Below are positions 1-11,038 of a DNA stretch of 13,617 nt, piece after piece. This stretch comes from Azolla caroliniana (taxonomy: Eukaryota; Plantae; Polypodiophyta), in the NCBI GenBank assembly GCA_043228905.1, contig JBHGNT010000938.1:1-13617 (forward strand), given 5' to 3'. The notes under the pieces were generated by a model that was not told where the DNA came from, ran no database searches, and saw only the letters and a program-made list of their open reading frames with translations. Each line of letters begins with the position of its first letter. Position 1 is the first letter of the stretch. A program made the position numbers and the translations under genes.

Positions 1-2832
1 GAGGAGCCCTTGAGTAAATGAAAATGTTCATACCTGGCTCGTGTAATATCGGATTTTTGTGTTCAAACATGCGAATCGAAGCTAACAACGCTAGCTATGA
101 TATGGAGTTAAAAAATCAAGATTTTGAAACTCAGGTCTAGAGACATGACGAAATTAGCAAACATGAGGAGGGAGTTGAGAAGAGCCCTTGAGTAAATAAA
201 AATGTTCATACCTGGATCGTGTGATATCGGATTTTTGTGTTCAAACATGCGAATTGAAGCTAACAACGGTAGCTATGATATGGAATTAAAAAATCAAGAT
301 TTTGAAACTCAGGTAGAGAGACATGAAGAAATTACCAAATTTGAATAGTCAGTTGAGAGGAGCCCTTGAGTAAATGAAAATGTTCAAACCTAGCTCGTGT
401 AATATCGGATTTTTGTGTTCAAACATACGTATCGAAGCTAATAACGCTAGCTATGATATGGAATTAAAAAATCAAGATTTTGAAACTCAGGTCTAGAGAC
501 ATGACGAAATTAGCAAACATGAGAAGGGAGTTGAGAGGAGCCCTTGAGTAAATGAAAATGTTCATACCTCGCTCGTGTAATATCGGATTTTTGTGTTCAA
601 ACATACGTATCGAAGCTAATAACGCTAGCTATGATATGGAGTAAAAAAATCAAGATTTTGAAACTCAGGGCTAGAGACATGACGAAATTAGCAAACTTGA
701 GGAGGGAGTTGAGAGGAGCCCTTGAGTAAATGAAAATGTTCATACCTGGCTCGTGTAATATCGGATTTTTGTGTTCAAACATGCGAATCGAAGCTAACAA
801 CGCTAGCTATGATATAGAATTAAAAAATCAAGATTTTGAAACTCAGGTCTAGAGACATGACGAAATTAGCAAACATGAGGAGGGAGTTGAGAAGAGCCCT
901 TGAGTAAATAAAAATGTTCATACCTGGATCGTGTGATATCGGATTTTTGTGTTCAAACATGCGAATTGAAGCTAACAACGGTAGCTATGATATGGAATTA
1001 AAAAATGAAGATTTTGAAACTCAGGTCGAGAGACATGACGAAATTACCAAATTTGAGGAGGGACTTGAGAGGAGCCCTTGATTAAATGAAAATGTTCATA
1101 CCTGGCTCGTGTGATATCGGATGTTTGTGTTCAAACATGCGAATCGAAGCTAACAACGGTAGCTATGATATGGAATTAAAAAATCAAGATTTTGAAACTC
1201 AGGTCTAGAGACATGACGAAATTAGCAAACATGAGGAGGGAGTTGAGAAGAGCCCTTGAGTAAATAAAAATGTTCATACCTGGATCGTGTGATATCGGAT
1301 TTTTGTGTTCAAACATGCGAATTGAAGCTAACAACGGTAGCTATGATATGGAATTAAAAAATCAAGATTTTGAAACTCAGGTCGAGAGACATGACGAAAT
1401 TACCAAATTTGAGGAGTGAGTTGAGAGGAGCCCTTGAGTAAATGAAAATGTTCATACCTAGCTCGTGTAATATCGGATTTTTGTGTTCAAACATACGTAT
1501 CGAAGCTAATAACGCTAGCTATGATATGGAGTAAAAAAATCAAGATTTTGAAACTCAGGGCTAGAGACATGACGAAATTAGCAAACTTGAGGAGGGAGTT
1601 GAGAGGAGCCCTTGAGTAAATAAAAATGTTCATACCTGGATCGTGTGATATCGGATTTTTGTCTTCAAACATGCGAATCGAAGCTAACAACGCTAGCTAT
1701 GATATGGATTTAAAAAATGAAGATTTTGAAACTCAGGTCGAGAGACATGAAGAAATTACCAAATTTGAGGAGTGAGTTGAGAGGAGCCCTTGAGTAAATG
1801 AAAATGTTCATACCTGGCTCGTGTGATATCGGATGTTTGTGTTCAAACATGCGAATCGAAGCTAATAACGCTAGCTATGATATGGAATTAAAAAATCAAG
1901 ATTTTGAAACTCAGGTCTAGAGACATGACGAAATTAGCAAACATGAGAAGGGAGTTGAGAGGAGCCCTTGAGTAAATGAAAATGTTCATACCTAGCTCGT
2001 GTAATATCGGATTTTTGTGTTCAAACATACGTATCGAAGCTAATAACGCTAGCTATGATATGGAGTAAAAAAATCAAGATTTTGAAACTCAGGGCTAGAG
2101 ACATGACGAAATTAGCAAACTTGAGGAGGGAGTTGAGAGGAGCCCTTGAGTAAATGAAAATGTTCATACCTGGCTCGTGTAATATCGGATTTTTGTGTTC
2201 AAACATGCGAATCGAAGCTAACAACGCTAGCTATGATATGGAGTTAAAAAATCAAGATTTTGAAACTCAGGTCTAGAGACATGACGAAATTAGCAAACAT
2301 GAGGAGGGAGTTGAGAAGAGCCCTTGAGTAAATAAAAATGTTCATACCTGGATCGTGTGATATCGGATTTTTGTGTTCAAACATGCGAATTGAAGCTAAC
2401 AACGGTAGCTATGATATGGAATTAAAAAATCAAGATTTTGAAACTCAGGTAGAGAGACATGAAGAAATTACCAAATTTGAATAGTCAGTTGAGAGGAGCC
2501 CTTGAGTAAATGAAAATGTTCAAACCTAGCTCGTGTAATATCGGATTTTTGTGTTCAAACATACGTATCGAAGCTAATAACGCTAGCTATGATATGGAAT
2601 TAAAAAATCAAGATTTTGAAACTCAGGTCTAGAGACATGACGAAATTAGCAAACATGAGAAGGGAGTTGAGAGGAGCCCTTGAGTAAATGAAAATGTTCA
2701 TACCTCGCTCGTGTAATATCGGATTTTTGTGTTCAAACATACGTATCGAAGCTAATAACGCTAGCTATGATATGGAGTAAAAAAATCAAGATTTTGAAAC
2801 TCAGGGCTAGAGACATGACGAAATTAGCAAAC
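1..2832. repeat. Block duplication: 1-696 and 2137-2832 (offset 2136 = 12 monomers)
   Basis: Shared rare variants in the same order: GGTAGAGAGACATGAAG, AATAGTCAG, TTCAAACCTAGC, GAGAAGGG and the CCTCGCTC variant seen only at about 570 and 2706. Identity breaks at 697/2833. Confidence 0.85.
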
Positions 2833-3382
2833 ATGAGGAGCGAGTTGAGAGGAGCCCTTGAGTAAATAAAAATGTTCATACCTGGATCGTGTGATATCGG
2901 ATTTTTGTGTTCAAACATGCGAATCGCAGCTAACAACGGTAGCTATGATATGGAATTAAAAAATGAAGATTTTGAAACTCAGGTCGAGAGACATGACGAA
3001 ATTACCAAATTTGAGGAGTGAGTTGAGAGGAGCCCTTGAGTAAATGAAAATGTTCATACCTGGCTCGTGTGATATCGGATGTTTGTGTTCAAACATGCGA
3101 ATCGAAGCTAACAACGGTAGCTATGATATGGAATTAAAAAATCAAGATTTTGAAACTCAGGTCGAGAGACATGACGAAATTACCAAATTTGAGGAGTGAG
3201 TTGAGAGGAGCCCTTGAGTAAATGAAAATGTTCATACCTGGGTCGTGTAATATTGGATTTTTGTGTTCAAAGATGCAAATCGAAGCTAACAACGCTAGCT
3301 ATGATATGGATTTAAAAAATGAAGATTTTGAAACTCAGGGCTAGAGACATGACGAAATTAGCAAACTTGAGGAGGGAGTTGA

Positions 3383-6300
3383 GAGGAGCCCTTGAGTAAA
3401 TGAAAATGTTCATACCTGGCCCGTGTGATATCGGATGTTTGTGTTCAAACATGCGAATCGAAGCTAACAACGGTAGCTATGATATGGAATTAAAAAATCA
3501 AGATTTTGAAACTCAGGTCGAGAGACATGACGAAATTACCAAATTTGAGGAGTGAGTTGAGAGGAGCCCTTGAGTAAATGAAAATGTTCATACCTGGGTC
3601 GTGTAATATTGGATTTTTGTGTTCAAAGATGCAAATCGAAGCTAACAACGCTAGCTATGATATGGAATTAAAAAATCAAGATTTTGAAACTCAGGTCGAG
3701 AGACATGATGAAATTACCAAATTTGAGGAGTGAGTTGAGAAGAGGTACGAGGTAAATTAAAATGTTCATACCTGGCTCGTGTGATATCGGATTTTTGTGT
3801 TCAAACATGCGAATCGAAGCTAACAACGCTAGCTATGATATGGAATTAAAAAATCAAGATTTTGAAACTCAGGTAGAGAGACATGAAGAAATTACCAAAT
3901 TTGAATAGTCAGTTGAGAGGAGCCCTTGAGTAAATGAAAATGTTCAAACCTAGCTCGTGTAATATCGGATTTTTGTGTTCAAACATACGTATCGAAGCTA
4001 ATAACGGTAGCTATGATATGGAGTTAAAAAATCAAGATTTTGAAACTCAGCTCTAGAGACATGACGAAATTTTTAAATTTGAGGAGGGACTTGAGAGGAG
4101 CCCTTGAGTAAATAAAAATGTTCATACCGGGATCGTGTGATATCGGATTTTTGTGTTCAAACATGCGAATCGCAGCTAACAACGGTAACTATGATATGGA
4201 GTAAAAAAATCAAGATTTTCAAACTCAGGTCGAGAGACATGACGAAATTAGCAAACTTGAGGAGGGAGTTGAGAGGAGCCCTTGAGTAAATAAAAATATT
4301 CATACCTGGATCGTGTGATATCGGATTTTTGTGTTCAAACATGCGAATTGAAGCTAACAACGGTAGCTATGATATGGAATTAAAAAATCAAGATTTTGAA
4401 ACTCAGGTCGAGAGACATGACGAAATTACCAAATTTGAGGAGTGAGTTGAGAGGAGCCCTTGAGTAAATGAAAATGTTCATACCTGGCTCGTGTGATATC
4501 AGATGTTTGTGTTCAAACATGCGAATCGAAGCTAACAACGGTAGCTATGATATGGAATTAAAAAATCAAGATTTTGAAACTCAGGTCGAGAGACATGACG
4601 AAATTACCAAATTTGAGGAGTGAGTTGAGAGGAGCCCTTGAGTAAATGAAAATGTTCATACCTAGCTCGTGTAATATCGGATTTTTGTGTTCAAACATAC
4701 GTATCGAAGATAATAACGCTAGCTATGATATGGAGTAAAAAAATCAAGATTTTGAAACTCAGGGCTAGAGACATGACGAAATTAGCAAACTTGAGGAGGA
4801 AGTTGAGAGGAGCCCTTGAGTAAATAAAAATGTTCATACCTGGATCGTGTGATATCGGATTTTTGTGTTCAAACATGCGAATCGAAGCTAACAACGGTAG
4901 CTATGATATGGAATTAAAAAATCAAGATTTTGAAACTCAGGTCGAGAGACATGACTAAATTACCAAATTTGAGGAGTGAGTTGAGAGGAGCCCTTGAGTA
5001 AATGAAAATGTTCATACCTGGCTCGTGTAATATTGGATTTTTGTGTTCAAAGATGCGAATCGAAGCTAACAACGCTAGCTATGATATGGAATTAAAAAAT
5101 CAAGATTTTGAAACTCAGGTCGAGAGACATGATGAAATTACCAAATTTGAGGAGTGAGTTGAGAAGAGCTACGAGGTAAATTAAAATGTTCATACCTGGC
5201 TCGTGTGATATCGGATTTTTGTGTTCAAACATGCGAATCGAAGCTAACAACGCTAGCTATGATATGGATTTAAAAAATGAAGATTTTGAAACTCAGGTCG
5301 AGAGACATGAAGAAATTACCAAATTTGAGGAGTGAGTTGAGAGGAGCCCTTGAGTAAATGAAAATGTTCATACCTGGCTCGTGTAATATCGGATTTTTGT
5401 GTTCAAACATGTGAATCGAAGCTAACAACGCTAGCTATGATATGGAGTTAAAAAATCAAGATTTTGAAACTCAGGTCTAGAGACATGACGAAATTATCAA
5501 ACATGAGGAGGGAGTTGAGAGGAGGCCTTGAGTAAATAAAAATGTTCATACCTGGATCGTGTGATATCGGATTTTTGTGTTCAAACATGCGAATCGCAGC
5601 TAACAACGGTAGCTATGATATGGAATTAAAAAATGAAGATTTTGAAACTCAGGTCGAGAGACATGACGAAATTACCAAATTTGAGGAGTGAGTTGAGAGG
5701 AGCCCTTGAGTAAATGAAAATGTTCATACCTGGCTCGTGTGATATCAGATGTTTGTGTTCAAACATGCGAATCGAAGCTAACAACGGTAGCTATGATATG
5801 GAATTAAAAAATCAAGATTTTGAAACTCAGGTCGAGAGACATGACGAAATTACCAAATTTGAGGAGTGAGTTGAGAGGAGCCCTTGAGTAAATGAAAATG
5901 TTCATACCTGGGTCGTGTAATATTGGATTTTTGTGTTCAAAGATGCAAATCGAAGCTAACAACGCTAGCTATGATATGGAATTAAAAAATCAAGATTTTG
6001 AAACTCAGGTCGAGAGACATGATGAAATTACCAAATTTGAGGAGTGAGTTGAGAAGAGGTACGAGGTAAATTAAAATGTTCATACCTGGCTCGTGTGATA
6101 TCGGATTTTTGTGTTCAAACATGCGAATCGAAGCTAACAACGCTAGCTATGATATGGAATTAAAAAATCAAGATTTTGAAACTCAGGTTGAGAGACATGA
6201 AGAAATTACCAAATTTGAATAGTCAGTTGAGAGGAGCCCTTGAGTAAATGAAAATGTTCAAACCTAGCTCGTGTAATATCGGATTTTTGTGTTCAAACAT

Positions 6301-6764
6301 ACGTATCGAAACTAATAACGGTAGCTATGATATGGAGTAGAAAAATCAAGATTTTGAAACTCAGGTCGAGAGACATGAAGAAATTTTTAAATTTGAGGAG
6401 GGACTTGAGAGGAGCCCTTCAGTAAATAAAAATGTTCATACCTGGATCGTGTGATATCGAATTTTTGTGTTCAAACATGCGAATCGCAGCAAACAACGGT
6501 AACTATGATATGGAGTAAAAAAATCAAGATTTTCAAAATCAGGTCGAGAGACATGACGAAATTAGCAAACTTGAGGAGGGAGTTGAGAGGAGCCCTTGAG
6601 TAAATAAAAATGTTCATACCTGGATCGTGTGATATCGGATTTTTGTGTTCAAACATGCGAATCAAAGCTAACAACGGTAGCTATGATATGGAATTAAAAA
6701 ATCAAGATTTTGAAACTCAGGTCGAGAGACATGACGAAATTACCAAATTTGAGGAGTGAGTTGA
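3383..6764. repeat. Diverged block duplication: M20-M25 (3383-4450) and M33-M38 (5697-6764), offset 2314 = 13 monomers
   Basis: Shared ordered markers: TGGGTC..TATTGG..AAAGATGCAAAT, GAGGTACGAGG, TTCAAACCTAGC, AAATTTTTAAA..GGGACTT, GGTAACTATG and GATTTTCAAA. Several private differences separate the copies. Confidence 0.83.
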
Positions 6765-8544
6765 GAGGAGCCCTTGAGTAAATGAAAATGTTCATACCTG
6801 GCTCGTGTAATATTGGATTTTTGTGTTCAAAGATGCGAATCGAAGCTAACAACGCTAGCTATGATATGGAATTAAAAAATCAAGATTTTGAAACTCAGGT
6901 CGAGAGACATGATGAAATTACCAAATTTGAGGAGTGAGTTGAGAAGAGCTACGAGGTAAATTAAAATGTTCATACCTGGCTCGTGTGATATCGGATTTTT
7001 GTGTTCAAACATGCGAATCGAAGCTAACAACGCTATCTATGATATGGAATTGAAAAATCAAGATTTTTGAATCTCAGGTCGAGAGAAATAACGAAATTAC
7101 CAAATTTGAGAAGTGAGTTGAGAGGAGCCCTTGAGTAAATTAAAATGTTCATACCTGGCTCGTCTGATATCGGAGTTTTGTGTTCAAACATGCGAATCGA
7201 AGCTAACAACGCTAGCTATGATATGGAATTAAAAAATCAAGATTTTGATACTCCGGTCGAGAGACATGACGAAATTACAAAATTTGAGTAGTGAGTTTAG
7301 AGGAGCCCTTGAGTAAATGAAAATGTTCCTACCTGGCTTGTGTGATATCGGATATTTGTGTTCAAACATGCGAATCGAAGCTAACAATGCTAGCTATGAT
7401 ATGGAATTAAAAAATCAAGATTTTGAAACTCAGGTCGAGAGACATGAAGAAATTACCAAATTTGAATAGTCAGTTGATAGGAGCCCTTGAGTAAATAAAA
7501 ATGTTCATACCTACCTCGTGTAATATCGGATTTTTGTGTTCAAACATACGTATCGAAGCTAATAACGCTAGCTATGATATGGAGTAAAAAAATCAAGATT
7601 TTGAAACTCAGGTCTAGAGACATGACGAAATTAGCAAACTTGAGGAGGGAGTTGAGAGGAGCCCTTGAGTAAATGAAAATGTTCATACCTGGCTCGTGTA
7701 ATATCGGATTTTTGTGTTCAAACATGCGAATCGAAGCTAACAACGCTAGCTATGATATGGAGTTAAAAAATGAAGATTTTAAACTCAGGTCGAGAGACAT
7801 GAATAAATTACCAAATTTGAGGAGTGAGTTGAGAGGAGCCCTTGAGTAAATGAAAATGTTCATACCTGGCTCGTGTAATATCGGATTTTTGTGTTCAAAC
7901 ATGCGAATCGAAGCTAACAACGCTAGCTATGATATGGAGTTAAAAAATCAAGATTTTGAAACTCAGGTCTAGAGACATGACGAAATTATCAAACATGAGG
8001 AGGGAGTTGAGAGGAGCCCTTGAGTAAATAAAAATGTTCATACCTGGATCGTGTGATATCGGATTTTTGTGTTCAAACATGCGAATCGAAGCTAACAACG
8101 GTAGCTATGATATGGAATTAAAAAATGAAGATTTTGAAACTCAGGTCGAGAGACATGACGAAATTACCAAATTTGAGGAGTGAGTTGAGAGGAGCCCTTG
8201 AGTAAATGAAAATGTTCATACCTGGCTCGTGTAATATTGGATTTTTGTGTTCAAAGATGCGAATCGAAGCTAACAACGCTAGCTATGATATGGAATTAAA
8301 AAATCAAGATTTTGAAACTCAGGTCGAGAGACATGATGAAATTACCAAATTTGAGGAGTGAGTTGAGAAGAGCCCTTGAGTAAATTAAAATGTTCATACC
8401 TGGCTCGTGTGATATCGGATTTTTGTGTTCAAACATGCGAATCGAAGCTAACAACCCTAGCTATGATATGGAATTAAAAAATCAAGATTTTGAAACTCAG
8501 GTCGAGAGACATGACGAAATTACCAAATTTGAGTAGTGAGTTGA

Positions 8545-11038
8545 GAGGAGCCCTTGAGTAAATGAAAATGTTCATACCTGGCTCGTGTAATATCGGATGT
8601 TTGTGTTCAAACATGCGAATCGAAGCTAACAACGCTAGCTATGATATGGAATTAAAAAATCAAGATTTTTGAATCTCAGGTCGAGAGACATGACTAAATT
8701 ACCAAATTTGAGGAGTTAGTTGAGAAGAGCCCTTGAGTAAATTAAAATGTTCATACCTGGCTCGTGTGATATCGGATTTTTGTGTTCAAACATGCGAATC
8801 GAAGCTAACAACCCTAGCTATGATATGGAATTAAAAAATCAAGATTTTGAAACTCAGGTCGAGAGACATGACGAAATTACCAAATTTGAGTAGTGAGTTG
8901 AGAGGAGCCCTTGAGTAAATGAAAATGTTCATACCTGGCTCGTGTAATATCGGATTTTTGTGTTCAAACATGCGAATCGAAGCTAACAACGCTAGCTATG
9001 ATATGGAATTAAAAAATCAAGATTTTTGAATCTCAGGTCGAGAGAAATAACGAAATTACCAAATTTGAGAAGTGAGTTGAGAGGAGCCCTTGAGTAAATT
9101 AAAATGTTCATACCTGGCTCGTCTGATATCGGATGTTTGTGTTCAAACATGCGAATCGAAGCTAACAACGCTAGCTATGATATGGAATTAAAAAATCAAG
9201 ATTTTGAAACTCCGGTCGAGAGACATGACGAAATTACCAAATTTGAATAGTCAGTTGATAGGAGCCCTTGAGTTAATGAAAATGTTCATACCTGGCTCGT
9301 GTAATATCGGATTTTTGTGTTCAAACATACGTATCGAAGCTAATAACGCTAGCTATGATATGGAATTAAAAAATCAAGATTTTGAAACTCAGGTCTAGAG
9401 ACATGACGAAATTAGCAAACATGAGGAGGGAGTTGAGAGGAGCCCTTGAGTAAATAAATATGTTCATACCTGGCTCGTGTGATATCGGATTTTTGTGTTC
9501 AAACATGCGAATCGAAGCTAACAACGCTAGCTATGATATGGAATTAAAAAATCAAGATTTTGAAACTCAGGTCGAGGGACATGACGAAATTACCAAATTT
9601 GAGGAGTGAGTGGAGAGGAGTCCTTGAGTAAATGAAAATGTTCATACCTGGCTCGTGTAATATCGGATTTTTATGTTCAAACATGGGAATCGAAGCTAAT
9701 AACACTAGCTATGATATGGGGTTAAAAAAGCAAGATTTTGAAACTCAGGTCGAGAGACATGACGAAATTAGCAAACATGAGGAGGGAGTTGAGAGGAGCC
9801 CTTGAGTAAATGAAAATGTTCATACCTGGCTCATCTGATATCGGATGTTTGTGTTCAAACATGCGAATCGAAGCTAACAACGCTAGCTATAATATGGAAT
9901 TAAAAAATCAAGATTTTGAAACTCCGGTCGAGAGACATGACGAAATTACCAAATTTGAATAGTCAGTTGATAGGAGCCCTTGAGTAAATGAAAATGTTCA
10001 TACCTGGCTCGTGTAATATCGGATTTTTGTGTTCAAACATACGTATCGAAGCTAATAACGCTAGCTATGATATGGAATTAAAAAATCAAGATTTTGAAAC
10101 TCAGGTCTAGAGACATGACGAAATTAGCAAACATGAGGAGGGAGTTGAGAGGAGCCCTTGAGTAAATAAATATGTTCATACCTGGCTCGTGTGATATCGG
10201 ATTTTTGTGTTCAAACATGCGAATCGAAGCTAACAACGCTAGCTATGATATGGAATTAAAAAATCAAGATTTTGAAACTCAGGTCGAGGGACATGACGAA
10301 ATTACCAAATTTGAGGAGTGAGTGGAGAGGAGCCCTTGAGTAAATGAAAATGTTCATACCTGGCTCGTGTAATATCGGATTTTTATGTTCAAACATGGGA
10401 ATCGAAGCTAATAACACTAGCTATGATATGGGGTTAAAAAAGCAAGATTTTGAAACTCAGGTCGAGAGACATGACGAAATTAGCAAACATGAGGAGGGAG
10501 TTGAGAGGAGCCCTTGAGTAAATGAAAATGTTCATACCTGGCTCGTGTGATATCGGATTTTTGTGTTCAAACATGCGAATCGAATCTAACAACGCTAGCT
10601 ATGATATGGAATTAAAAAATCAAGATTTTGAAACTCCGGTCGAGAGACATGACGAAATTACAAAATTTGAGTAGTGAGTTTAGAGGAGCCCTTGAGTAAA
10701 TGAAAATGTTCATACCTGGCTTGTGTGATATCGGATATTTGTGTTCAAACATGCGAATCGAAGCTAACAATGCTAGCTATGATATGGAATTAAAAAATCA
10801 AGATTTTGAAACTCAGGTCGAGAGACATGAAGAAATTACCAAATTTGAATAGTCAGTTGATAGGAGCCCTTGAGTAAATAAAAATGTTCATACCTAGCTC
10901 GTGTAATATCGGATTTTTGTGTTCAAACATACGTATCGAAGCTAATAACGCTAGCTATGATATGGAGTAAAAAAATCAAGATTTTGAAACTCAGGTCTAG
11001 AGACATGACGAAATTAGCAAACTTGAGGAGGGAGTTGA
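8545..11038. repeat. 14-monomer variant of the same HOR (2494 bp, M49-M62) with an internal tetramer duplication
   Basis: M49-M55 match M63-M69, M56-M59 repeat M52-M55 (offset 712), and M60-M62 match M70-M72. Confidence 0.87.

Noticed and set aside
1-178. Identification as Arabidopsis CEN178, alpha satellite, a CENP-B box carrier, 5S rDNA or a tRNA array
   Set aside because: Only the length is similar. I found no TTCGnnnnAnnCGGG motif on either strand, no 5S or tRNA conserved motifs, and no resemblance to those consensus sequences as I recall them.
165-186. Purine-rich GAGGAGGGAGTTGAGAGGAG tract as a G-quadruplex or Shine-Dalgarno site
   Set aside because: It has too few G-runs for a canonical G4, the GGG is absent in many monomers, and no credible ORF follows it.
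9204-9398. 64-aa plus-strand ORF
   Set aside because: Chance read-through from a private TAA>TTA change near 9274 in one monomer. It has a TTG start and no recognisable domain.
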